A model generated the notes under the pieces. It had not been told where the DNA came from. It searched no databases and saw only the letters and a program-made list of their open reading frames with translations. The position numbers were made by a program, and so were the translations under genes. Positions 40,358 through 49,202 of a stretch of 64,000 bases of DNA are shown here, piece after piece. This DNA is from an uncultured Syntrophobacteraceae bacterium. Its GTDB lineage: Bacteria > Desulfobacterota > Binatia > UBA9968. The number at the start of each line of letters is the position of its first letter. The stretch's first letter is position 1. The stretch covers positions 1,311 to 65,310 of the forward strand of contig CAYPHJ010000002.1 in assembly GCA_964410485.1 (NCBI GenBank), in the 5' to 3' direction.

Positions 40358-43300
40358 ATGAGTAGTTTCGACGAGACAGTCAATTTTCACCCCGTTGTCT
40401 GGCGCTGGTTTAGCCGGCGTTTCAATGCGCCCACCCCGCCGCAGAGACAGGGGTGGGAAGCTATCGCTTCGGGGCGGTCCACCTTGATTGCCGCGCCAAC
40501 CGGTTCGGGTAAAACGCTGGCGGCGTTTCTCTGGTCGATCGACCGCCTGGTGCAAAAAGCCCTGAGCGGCGAGCTTCGGGACGCGACCCAGGTCGTGTAC
40601 GTGTCACCGCTGAAAGCGCTCGGCAATGATATTGCGATCAATCTGCAAACTCCGCTGGCGGAAATTTTTCAACTCGCCTGGTCGGAGGGCTATATTCTTC
40701 CCGAGATCCGTGTGGCGGTCCGCTCGGGTGACACGCCTTCCCAGGAACGGCAGTCCATGGTGCACAAACCGCCGCACATTCTGATTACGACCCCCGAGTC
40801 GCTGTACATTCTTCTCACCTCCGAGCGGAGCCGCCGGTTTCTCAAAACTACTGAGACGGTCATTTTGGATGAGATCCATGCCGTAGCGCAAGACAAACGG
40901 GGCGCGCATCTGGCGCTTTCCGTGGAACGGCTGGAGGAGTTGGCTGGCAAACCGCTGCAACGCGTCGGGCTAAGCGCCACGCAAAAGCCTCTCGACGAGG
41001 TAGCCCGGCTGTTGGTAGGGAACCCGACGGATGGCGATGGCAAGTCGCCCTGCTCTGTCATCGATGTGGGCCATCAACGGCATTTGGACCTGCAGATTGA
41101 GCTGCCGGATCAGGAACTCGGCGCCATCGTCACCCACGATTTATGGGCCGGCGTCTATGAGAGAATCGTTGCGCAGGTGAAGGCGCACCGTACCACACTC
41201 GTGTTCGTCAACACCCGGCGCCTGGTGGAACGTGTAGCGCACCAGTTGAGCGAACGACTGGGAGCAGGCAAGGTGGGCGCCCATCACGGAAGTCTTTCGC
41301 GCCAGACCCGGCTCGATGTCGAGTCGAAGCTCAAGTCAGGGGTCCTGCCGGTAGTGGTCGCTACGGCATCGCTGGAGTTGGGCATCGATATCGGTCATGT
41401 GGATGCCGTGTGTCACATCGGCTCGCCGCGCAGCTTGAGCGTTTTGCTCCAGCGCGTTGGCCGCTCCGGCCATTGGCTGGGGGCAGTGCCCAAAGGCATT
41501 TTCTATCCGCTTACGCGCGACGATCTTCTTCAGTCGGTGGCGGCAATCCGGGCAGTGAGGCAAGGACAACTGGACAGGCTCTGTATTCCCGAAAAGCCGC
41601 TCGATATTCTGGCTCAGCAGATGGTGGCGATCGTGGCCAGCGTGGCGCCTGAAGGAAGACCGTCGACCGAAGACGGACGACCGACGCCAAACAACGGGAC
41701 CGCGGGCGGACAGTCGACCAGCGACGATTTCCGGTCAAACGAAGCGACTCGTGAGGCCGGCAAGCCGGGCCTTTCTGAGGAGACCTTGTGGAGTCTGGTG
41801 CGTCGCGCCTATCCTTACCGCAATTTGACCCGCGAAGAGTTCGAGCAAACTCTCGAGATGCTCTCCGAAGGCATTGCCACGCGCAAAGGCCGGCGCAGCG
41901 CTTACATTCACCGCGACCGCATCAACGGCGTATTGAGGCCGCGGCGCGGTGCCCGATTGGCGGCAATCACCAGCGGCGGTGCAATACCGGATACGGCCGA
42001 CTACGACGTCATTCAATTTCCGGATGAAACCTTTGTCGGCAAGGTAAATGAGGACTTCGCCATTGAGAGTTTGGCGGGGGATATCTTTTTACTGGGCAAT
42101 CGTTCCTGGCGTATTCGCCGGGTCGGGTCAGGGAAGGTCTGGGTCGAAGACGCTGAAGGCTTACCGCCCAGCGTGCCCTTTTGGCTTGGTGAAGCGCCGG
42201 CGCGCACTCGTGAGTTGTCGGCCGCGGTTTCCACGTTGCGCCAGGAAGTCTATGACCGGCTCGAAGATCCGGGAGAGGCCAAAAGATGGTTGTTGGCCGG
42301 TGCCATACCATTGGCCGCGGCCGAGCAAGTCCTTGGCTACATCGAAGAAACCGCAGCCGTCTTGGGCTCGATTCCGGTGCAGCATCGAATCATTGCGGAG
42401 CGGTTTTTTGACGAAGCCGGCGGCATGCAGTTGGTTATCCATTCACCCTGGGGTGGCAGAATCAACCGCGCCTGGGGGATGGCGCTGCGCAAACGGTTTT
42501 GCCTGAACTTTGATCGTGAACTACAAGCTGCGGCAACCGACGATGGCATTGTGCTGTCCCTGGTGGAGCAACATTCCTTTCCGGTTTCCGATGTCTTTCA
42601 GATGCTGCAACCGGCCGTACTCGAGCGCGCGCTGACGCAGGCGCTGCTTGCCTCGCCCTTCTTCACCAATCGTTGGCGTTGGAACGCTACGAGGGCGCTG
42701 GCAGTGATGCGCCAGAGCGGCGGAAAAAAAGTTCCAGTGGCTCTGCAGCGCATGCGCGCCGAAGATCTACTGGCCGCTGTTTTTCCGGAGCAGGTGATGT
42801 GCCAGGACAATCGCTCCGGACCCGTTGAAATTCCGGATCATCCGCTTGTGAAGGAAACGCTGCACGATTGTCTTCATGAAGCGATGGATCTCGATGGCCT
42901 GACAGAGATCCTCGAGCTTATCAGAAAAGGCGAAATCCGCACGAGCGCCGTGGATACGCCGGCGCCTTCGCCGATGGCTCATGAAATCCTGAACGCGAAT
43001 CCATACGCCTTTCTTGATGATGCGCCGCTGGAGGAGCGACGAGCACGCGCCGTATCACTACGGCGGGTGGAGCCGGCCCTGGGTCGCGATCTGGGTCGCC
43101 TCGATCCACAAGCCATCGAAGAGGTCCGTCGGCAAGCGTGGCCGGATATTCGAAACGCGGACGAGCTTCACGATTTTTTGCTCAGCGTTTGCCTGCTGCC
43201 CCTGAGCGAACAGGACGAGTGGGCCCAATTTGCGCCGGAGCTGCTTCAGACAAGAAGAGCAACGATTGCCACATGGCCCGCCACGCCCGCTCAAGTACCG

Positions 43301-44806
43301 ATGCGGGGTTATGTGGCGGCCGAACGTTGGGTGGTGACAAAGGCGGCCATTGGCGAGGCTGAGAGCGATCCGCCGGTGGTCTTGCCAACCGGCTGGTCTC
43401 GCGACGTCATTCCCCAAGAGGCGGCAGTGCGAAAGATCGTTCAGGGCTGGATGGAGGTGCTGGGACCTGTGACAGTACCCGCGCTGGCGCAACGATTGGG
43501 ATTGGCGGGAGCGAAAATCGAAGCGGCTTTGCTGGCGCTCGAAGGCGATGGAGTGGTGTTGCGCGGCGAGTTTACCGGCAGCCCCACTGGCGGATTGGAG
43601 TGGTGCGACCGGGCGCTCCTTGCGCGCATCCATCGCTTGACATTGGGACGGATGCGCAGGGAGATCGAAGCGGTTTCGCCCGCGGACTTCATGCAATTTC
43701 TCCTGGTATGGCAGCACGTCTCTCCGGGTACCCAGTTGCGCGGACGCGAGGGAGTTTTGGAAGTCATCCGCCAGCTTCAAGGGTTGGAGCTGCCGGCGCC
43801 GGCCTGGGAGCAATTCGTTCTGCCGGCACGAGTCAAAGAGTACGATCCTTCGGATCTGGAAAATCTTTGCCTCGCCGGTTCGGTGACTTGGGGTCGTCTG
43901 CGTCCCAATATAGAGCAGCCCGAAACAGATGCATCGAGCCAGACAGTCAAGCGCCGCCGCCGGCGCTTCCTGGCGCCGACTCGAACCGCGCCAATTTCAT
44001 TTTTGCTGCGCGAGGAGCTGGACTTTTTTCTCGAAGGTTTGCTTCTCGCATGGGATGAGGCGAGAGACCTTTCTACCGCCGCGCGCGAAGTCGGGCGCTA
44101 TCTTGAACGCCGCGGCGCCTCATTTTTGAACGACATTGCGCGGGCGACGGGTTTGCTTAAAGTCAAAACCGAAGAAGCTCTTTGGCAGCTTGTCGCCCAT
44201 GGCTACGCCACTGGGGACGGCATTGCAGGTTTGCGCGTCCTCCTGACGCCCGCTGCAAAGAGATTGACCGGCCGCCGCCGGCTTCGCGTTATCGCCGGAG
44301 GTCGCGCAGCGGAGCGCTTGATGCCGGTCGGGCGTTGGTCGCTGTGGCGGGAGATAAACCATGACACGGAGCTCAGTCCCGAGCAAATCGCCGAGCGCCG
44401 TGCGTGGCAGCTCCTCCGCCGCTACGGGATCGTCATTCGCGAGTTGCTGGCGCGTGAGTCGTCGGCGCCCCCATGGAGAAGTCTACTTAAGATTTACCGC
44501 CGGCTGGAAGCCAGAGGAGAGATTCGCGGCGGTCGGTTCGTCAACGGATTTGTCGGCGAGCAGTTTGCTCTTCCCGAAGCCGTGGAAAGATTGCGCGAGT
44601 TACGGCGCGACAAACATGACAACGAGCCGGTGCTCCTGAGCAGCGCCGACCCGCTTAATCTAGTCGGCATTTTGACACCCGGATCGCGCTTGTCCCCCTA
44701 TTCAACCCAGGTTATTGCTTACCGCAAGGGGATTTCGGTTGATACCGGTCCGCTCGCCGCGGTGATGAGCAGGCTGCAGAACGGCGAAGCCGAGACCGCA
44801 GAATAA
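40358..44806 (+). CDS. lhr: Lhr-family ATP-dependent DNA/RNA helicase, full length (helicase core plus C-terminal domain)
   Basis: 1482 aa with motif I 'APTGSGKT', motif II 'DEIH', 'VATASLELGIDIG' and 'QRVGRSGH'. It has the long Lhr-type C-terminal extension. Confidence 0.93.
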   Translation: MSSFDETVNFHPVVWRWFSRRFNAPTPPQRQGWEAIASGRSTLIAAPTGSGKTLAAFLWSIDRLVQKALSGELRDATQVVYVSPLKALGNDIAINLQTPLAEIFQLAWSEGYILPEIRVAVRSGDTPSQERQSMVHKPPHILITTPESLYILLTSERSRRFLKTTETVILDEIHAVAQDKRGAHLALSVERLEELAGKPLQRVGLSATQKPLDEVARLLVGNPTDGDGKSPCSVIDVGHQRHLDLQIELPDQELGAIVTHDLWAGVYERIVAQVKAHRTTLVFVNTRRLVERVAHQLSERLGAGKVGAHHGSLSRQTRLDVESKLKSGVLPVVVATASLELGIDIGHVDAVCHIGSPRSLSVLLQRVGRSGHWLGAVPKGIFYPLTRDDLLQSVAAIRAVRQGQLDRLCIPEKPLDILAQQMVAIVASVAPEGRPSTEDGRPTPNNGTAGGQSTSDDFRSNEATREAGKPGLSEETLWSLVRRAYPYRNLTREEFEQTLEMLSEGIATRKGRRSAYIHRDRINGVLRPRRGARLAAITSGGAIPDTADYDVIQFPDETFVGKVNEDFAIESLAGDIFLLGNRSWRIRRVGSGKVWVEDAEGLPPSVPFWLGEAPARTRELSAAVSTLRQEVYDRLEDPGEAKRWLLAGAIPLAAAEQVLGYIEETAAVLGSIPVQHRIIAERFFDEAGGMQLVIHSPWGGRINRAWGMALRKRFCLNFDRELQAAATDDGIVLSLVEQHSFPVSDVFQMLQPAVLERALTQALLASPFFTNRWRWNATRALAVMRQSGGKKVPVALQRMRAEDLLAAVFPEQVMCQDNRSGPVEIPDHPLVKETLHDCLHEAMDLDGLTEILELIRKGEIRTSAVDTPAPSPMAHEILNANPYAFLDDAPLEERRARAVSLRRVEPALGRDLGRLDPQAIEEVRRQAWPDIRNADELHDFLLSVCLLPLSEQDEWAQFAPELLQTRRATIATWPATPAQVPMRGYVAAERWVVTKAAIGEAESDPPVVLPTGWSRDVIPQEAAVRKIVQGWMEVLGPVTVPALAQRLGLAGAKIEAALLALEGDGVVLRGEFTGSPTGGLEWCDRALLARIHRLTLGRMRREIEAVSPADFMQFLLVWQHVSPGTQLRGREGVLEVIRQLQGLELPAPAWEQFVLPARVKEYDPSDLENLCLAGSVTWGRLRPNIEQPETDASSQTVKRRRRRFLAPTRTAPISFLLREELDFFLEGLLLAWDEARDLSTAAREVGRYLERRGASFLNDIARATGLLKVKTEEALWQLVAHGYATGDGIAGLRVLLTPAAKRLTGRRRLRVIAGGRAAERLMPVGRWSLWREINHDTELSPEQIAERRAWQLLRRYGIVIRELLARESSAPPWRSLLKIYRRLEARGEIRGGRFVNGFVGEQFALPEAVERLRELRRDKHDNEPVLLSSADPLNLVGILTPGSRLSPYSTQVIAYRKGISVDTGPLAAVMSRLQNGEAETAE

Positions 44807-44909
44807 CAATGGACACGTAGGCGGCAACGGCGCGAACAAGTCCGAAACGGGGACCTTACCACTGAGATCCTAGCGCGGCAGAGCCGCAACCCAAGAGGAA
44901 AGAACACGT

Positions 44910-44996
44910 CACCACGAAGGCCACGAAGAGCGCGAAGAAAGAAATTTGTTTTTATAACTCCTTTCCGAACTTCGTGACCTTCGTGTGCTTCGTGGT
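44910..44996. repeat. Unit-array hairpin, CACGAAGG family (copy A3)
   Basis: CACCACGAAGGC CACGAAGAG CGCGAAGAA, an A/T-rich loop, then AACTTCGTGACCTTCGTG TGCTTCGTGGT. It shares the 18-mer AACTTCGTGACCTTCGTG with A1. Confidence 0.9.
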
Positions 44997-45031
44997 AGGA
45001 GTGTATCTACATCAATCAGGAGGAGTTTCCT

Positions 45032-45823
45032 ATGGAAGTTTGTTTTCTCGGCACCGGCGCGCCCTATCCCGATCCACTGCGCGGGAGTTCGGCAATTCTC
45101 GTTGATGTTGCGTCTTCCCGGCTCTTGCTCGATTGTGGCAGGGCTTGTGTTCAACAGATGGCGCGCCTTCGTATCGAGCCGGCCACTGTGACGCATTGCT
45201 TTCTCACTCATGGCCACTACGATCACGTGGCCGATTATGCATTGCTGGTATTGACCTCCTGGAGGTTCGGCAGATCTCACACGTTGCAAGTGTACGGACC
45301 ACCCGGTACTCGCGCGATGTCGGATGCGTTGTTCCACGAAGCGTACAAGATCGACATTACGGCGCGCAAAATGCTGAACAAATCGGAAGCGGCATCGGAC
45401 ATCAACATCAAAGTCACTGAAATGCGGGACGGCTCGGTTGCGGAAGGAGAGGGATGGCGAGTACGCGCCGTAGAGGTGGCGCACTGGCCGATCCCGCTAT
45501 CTCTGGGTTTTCTTATTGAGGGGGAAGGCAAACGGGTGTTTTTTACAGGCGATACATCTCCCTGTGACGCCGTCAGAGAAGGCGCGGGCGGTGTTGATAT
45601 GTTGATTCATGAAGCGATGTATTTCTCGCCCGAATCCGGACACTACCGAAGCCACAGTCATCCTGAGCGCGTCGGTGAAGTGGCGCGCCAAGCCGGAGTG
45701 GGCCAGCTTGTTTTGACACACCTGCAACCCAACACCGAAAAAGGAAGACTGTTGACCGACGCTAGCAAACACTACGCGCGGCAGATCGTCATGGCCGCCG
45801 ACCAGATGCGCCTGGTCGTGTAG
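45032..45823 (+). CDS. MBL-fold metallo-hydrolase (RNase Z/BN-like)
   Basis: 263 aa with 'MEVCFLGTGAP', the HxHxDH motif 'THGHYDHV' and a C-terminal 'LVLTHL'. Confidence 0.85.
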   Translation: MEVCFLGTGAPYPDPLRGSSAILVDVASSRLLLDCGRACVQQMARLRIEPATVTHCFLTHGHYDHVADYALLVLTSWRFGRSHTLQVYGPPGTRAMSDALFHEAYKIDITARKMLNKSEAASDINIKVTEMRDGSVAEGEGWRVRAVEVAHWPIPLSLGFLIEGEGKRVFFTGDTSPCDAVREGAGGVDMLIHEAMYFSPESGHYRSHSHPERVGEVARQAGVGQLVLTHLQPNTEKGRLLTDASKHYARQIVMAADQMRLVV

Positions 45824-45838
45824 CGTTTAACAGATGCA

Positions 45839-45861
45839 GGGGCAATCGCCTGTGATCGCCC
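45839..45861. repeat. GGGGCAATCGCC..GATCGCCC hairpin between convergent genes
   Basis: Read directly from the sequence. It resembles the hairpin at 33397. Confidence 0.55.
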
Positions 45862-45894
45862 TCTCTTTACGCCCGCGGCGGTTATCTCATAGGC

Positions 45895-46179
45895 CTATCG
45901 GGTGCCGCCGTTCACCGCGCCGCCCGAATTCGCCATGACCTCTTTGAGGATCCTGATTTCGACCACCTCTTCCTGCAGTCGCGTCAGTCCTTCTTTGGCG
46001 CGATGAATTTCATTCAGCAGGTTGTCCAACTCTCCCATCGAGATGGATTCGAGGGTTTCACGAATCTTGCGATTCAGTCCGAAAAGATTTTGCACGCCGC
46101 CATGATCCGATATCTTGGTATCGATATCGAAGTAAAGCCGCGTCACGTTCTCCATTTGGTTCTTGACTTCGTCCACCAT
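45895..46179 (-). CDS. Hypothetical protein (94 aa, helical, no recognised family)
   Basis: The ORF has plausible codon usage and diverges from the XDH-family gene across an A/T-rich spacer. Confidence 0.5.
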   Translation of the reverse strand: MVDEVKNQMENVTRLYFDIDTKISDHGGVQNLFGLNRKIRETLESISMGELDNLLNEIHRAKEGLTRLQEEVVEIRILKEVMANSGGAVNGGTR

Positions 46180-46341
46180 TCCTCCTGTGCCCTTGCGGGA
46201 AATGTTGTTTTTATTGTAACTAGCAGAAAATATCGATTTGGTCAGAGTGACTGAGACGAATTATGTTCGCTGTCTATACACGAAAGTGATCTCAAGCGCA
46301 AAGAAAAAATTTTACTTCTTGCCGTTTTTTAGAAATGGTTT

Positions 46342-46360
46342 TTCAAAAAAGTTTTTTGAA
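46342..46360. promoter_or_regulatory. Perfect 9-1-9 palindrome TTCAAAAAA-G-TTTTTTGAA immediately upstream of the RBS of the XDH-family gene (candidate operator)
   Basis: Read directly from the sequence. It lies 2 nt upstream of the GAGG RBS (46362..46365), with the ATG at 46372. Confidence 0.45.
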
Positions 46361-46371
46361 GAGGTGAGCGT

Positions 46372-48648
46372 ATGACAGAAAATCGAGTCTTGGGTATTCC
46401 GAGCCCGCGAGTCGAGGGCGAAGAGAAGGTGGGCGGAAAAGCCGTTTATGCCGTCGACGTCGTATTGCCGGGAATGCTTTGGGTAAAGGTCATTCGCAGC
46501 CCCATAGCTCACGGCCGGATCAAGCGCATTGACTTGTCAAAGGCGCATGCCGTTGCGAGAGTCAACACGATCCTAACCGGGCAGGATCTTGCGGGCATCA
46601 GGATTGGCAAGAAGGTCGTCGATATGCCTATCCTGGCCGATGGCGTTGTTCGCTACATTGGTGAAAAAGTGGCTGCTGTGGCGGCAGAAACGGAAGAGGT
46701 GGCGGAGCGCGCAGCGGAGTTGGTCGAGGTTGAGTACGAAGAGTTGCCGACAGTAATCGATCCCGTCGATGCCATGCTTCCTTCGGCGCCGCTGTTACAT
46801 CCCACGCTTGCCGAATATAAAGGGCTGCTGCACCCAATCGAGACGCCGAGCAATGTCTTTGTCCATTTGACCTGGAAGAAAGGTGATGTCGAGGAGGGGT
46901 TCAGGCAGTCCGATGTGATTGTCGAAAACAGTTTCGAGGTGCCAGCAGTCCATCAGGGCTACATCGAGCCCCACTCGTGTGTTGTAAGGGTAAACGGTGA
47001 TGACTCCGCGGACGTCTGGGCGTCGACCAAAAGCCCGTTCGCGATGCGTGAGCAAGTCGGCAGTGCCTTACAAATTTCACCAGGCGCGCTTGTCATCCAC
47101 CCCTGTTATGTCGGCGGCGATTTTGGTGGCAAGGGGGATGCCAACGAGGTGGCGCTTTGTTACATGCTCGCCAAACGGAGCGGCCGGCCGGTGAAATTTC
47201 TCATCGATTATACTGAAGAATTAATGGCCGGCAATCCGCGGCACGGCGCCAAGATCAGAATTAAAACCGGGGTGAAGAGGAACGGACTGCTCATCGCACA
47301 GCAAATCGAATACGTCTTCGACAGCGGCGCTTACGGCGCGTACCGGCCTCAGGGCTACCTGGTCGGCGCGCACGATGCATCCGGTCCCTACCGCATTCCG
47401 AATACCTATATCGAGGAGAAATACGTCTACACCAACAAATTTCCGTGCGGTTACATGCGCGCTCCCGGCCATCCGCAGGGTGCGTTTGCGAGCGAGAGCC
47501 AGGCGGATATCGTGGCGAAGACGCTGGGAATGGATCCGGCCGAGTACAGACGCATGAACTTTATGCAGGACGGCGACCGCTTCCCCGTGGGGGAAAGCAT
47601 CGCTCACGTGAAGGCCACCGAGACATTGAAGATGGCGCTGGAGGAGTCCGGTTATTACGACAAGAAGCCAAAGAATGTCGGCCGTGGCTGTGCCGTCGGT
47701 AATTGGGTGTCAAAAGGCGGCGAGTCTTACGCTTTCGTGAAGATCGATGACAAGGGCGACATTACGTTGTCGACAGCGGTAACGGACACGGGTCCGGGCG
47801 CGTACACGATCATGCGCCAGATCGTAAGCGAAGAGCTCAAGGTGCCGCTGGATGCGATCAAAATGGAGATTGTCGATACGACCAGGGTGGTCAAAGACAC
47901 CGGCGTGCGCGGCAGCAGCAGCACGCGGGTGCATGGTGGATCGGCATTGGAGGCGGCAAAGAACGCGCGCCAGGAAATCTTGCGCGCCGCTGCCAGCGCC
48001 ATGAATGCGTCGCCGGACGAGCTCATTTTGGTTGACGGTGGTGTCACACATGGCCGCGCCGAGCGGCGCATGAACTTTGCCGATATCGTGCGAGTCAACG
48101 GCAGCCCCATTGTCGTCGAAGGACACTATGCCAACATGAAAGAAGGACCGGAGACTTCCACCGTTGCACAGGTGGCGGAAGTCGAGGTGGACGCGGAAAC
48201 GGGCGAAGTCATGATCAAGCGCTTGACGACCGCCCACAACACGGGGACGGTTCTCAATCCCCTGACGCATCAGGGGCAAATCGATGGTGCGGTGATTATG
48301 GGTGTGGGTTATGGTGCGATGGAGGAGCTGATCGTGGATGACAGCGGGCGGGTGATGACGGCCAATTTGGGCGATTACAAGATTCCCAACATCAAGGATA
48401 TTCCTCTGCTCAGGACGGCGATCTTACAGTCGAATGTCGGCAGCGGCCCCTACAACAGTATGAGCATTGGCGAGACCGCGATCATTCCCACCGCGGCCGC
48501 GATCGCGAACGCGGTGGAGGATGCCGTCGGCGTAAGGATCAAGTCATTGCCCATTACGGCCGAGAAGGTCCTGAACGCGCTGCGCGAGCGCGAAAAGCCT
48601 CCGTCTCGGGTCTCGGGTTCCGGGTCTCACGTTGAAGAGGAGGGATAA
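46372..48648 (+). CDS. Xanthine dehydrogenase/aldehyde oxidase/CO-dehydrogenase family molybdopterin-binding large subunit
   Basis: 758 aa with an N-terminal a/b-hammerhead ('VEGEEKVGGKAVYAVDV...IRSPIAHGRI') and Mo-cofactor domains ('GGDFGGKG', 'GETAIIPTAAAIANAV'). Confidence 0.9.
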   Translation: MTENRVLGIPSPRVEGEEKVGGKAVYAVDVVLPGMLWVKVIRSPIAHGRIKRIDLSKAHAVARVNTILTGQDLAGIRIGKKVVDMPILADGVVRYIGEKVAAVAAETEEVAERAAELVEVEYEELPTVIDPVDAMLPSAPLLHPTLAEYKGLLHPIETPSNVFVHLTWKKGDVEEGFRQSDVIVENSFEVPAVHQGYIEPHSCVVRVNGDDSADVWASTKSPFAMREQVGSALQISPGALVIHPCYVGGDFGGKGDANEVALCYMLAKRSGRPVKFLIDYTEELMAGNPRHGAKIRIKTGVKRNGLLIAQQIEYVFDSGAYGAYRPQGYLVGAHDASGPYRIPNTYIEEKYVYTNKFPCGYMRAPGHPQGAFASESQADIVAKTLGMDPAEYRRMNFMQDGDRFPVGESIAHVKATETLKMALEESGYYDKKPKNVGRGCAVGNWVSKGGESYAFVKIDDKGDITLSTAVTDTGPGAYTIMRQIVSEELKVPLDAIKMEIVDTTRVVKDTGVRGSSSTRVHGGSALEAAKNARQEILRAAASAMNASPDELILVDGGVTHGRAERRMNFADIVRVNGSPIVVEGHYANMKEGPETSTVAQVAEVEVDAETGEVMIKRLTTAHNTGTVLNPLTHQGQIDGAVIMGVGYGAMEELIVDDSGRVMTANLGDYKIPNIKDIPLLRTAILQSNVGSGPYNSMSIGETAIIPTAAAIANAVEDAVGVRIKSLPITAEKVLNALREREKPPSRVSGSGSHVEEEG

Positions 48649-48810
48649 CTGGAGACTTCACACCTGAAATTCGGAACGATTGAGTGTGCCATCGCTCCGC
48701 AGGACTCATCGCTCGATTACAGCGTGTCGCGTTTTTCCTTCTGTGCGTGAAAACCGGGCTAAGAACCAGAGAAACTATCCGTTAATGAATCCTCAGAGTC
48801 GCTGACGTCA

Positions 48811-49191
48811 ATGGATTATGGCCGAGATCCTGCAGAGCGCGGGCTTGTCGCGCGGCTGGTCCGGGCGACTCTGATATCGCTCAAGGGACTGCGCGCTGCA
48901 TTCCGTACGCAAGCGGCCTTTCGGTTGGAGCTTGTGGTCCTGCTCGCGGCAGTCCCGCTCGCGCTTATTCTCACCGGAGACCCCGTCAAGCGGATTTTGT
49001 TGATCGGGAGTTGGCTCCTGGTTATCGTCGTCGAAATCGTGAACTCGGCGATTGAAACCGTGGTGGACAGGATTGGGACAGAGCACCATGAGCTTTCGGG
49101 GCGAGCCAAAGATCTCGGATCGGCCGCGGTATTTTGCTCGATCCTGCTTTCGGCGGGAGTGTGGGCTGTTTTGCTCTTTGCGCCAGAGTGA
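48811..49191 (+). CDS. dgkA: Diacylglycerol kinase (prokaryotic DgkA type)
   Basis: 126 aa with three TM segments and 'EIVNSAIETVVDRIG...SGRAKDLGSAAV'. Confidence 0.9.
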   Translation: MDYGRDPAERGLVARLVRATLISLKGLRAAFRTQAAFRLELVVLLAAVPLALILTGDPVKRILLIGSWLLVIVVEIVNSAIETVVDRIGTEHHELSGRAKDLGSAAVFCSILLSAGVWAVLLFAPE

Positions 49192-49202
49192 TAGTCTCTG
49201 AC

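Noticed and set aside
43058-43813. A 251-aa ORF antisense to lhr. Similar long antisense or off-frame ORFs occur at 25169..25888 (icd), 32040..32741 (pfkB), 34092..34760 (ugd), 38589..39242 (lepB), 47710..48279 (XDH-family), 57906..58511 (gor), 31117..31773 (mtnP) and 10644..11183 (ggt).
   Set aside because: All lie opposite or out of frame to genes with strong family motifs. They have low-complexity R/P/A/G-rich composition and no recognisable motifs, so I treat them as shadow ORFs of GC-rich DNA.
40358-45823. lhr plus an MBL-fold hydrolase as a possible helicase-nuclease defence module.
   Set aside because: Full-length Lhr is a widespread DNA-repair helicase, often found next to a phosphoesterase or nuclease. 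The MBL protein looks RNase Z/BN-like and is separated from lhr by a 225-nt repeat-containing spacer. There are no methylase, nuclease, toxin or mobile-element hallmarks. I judged it housekeeping.
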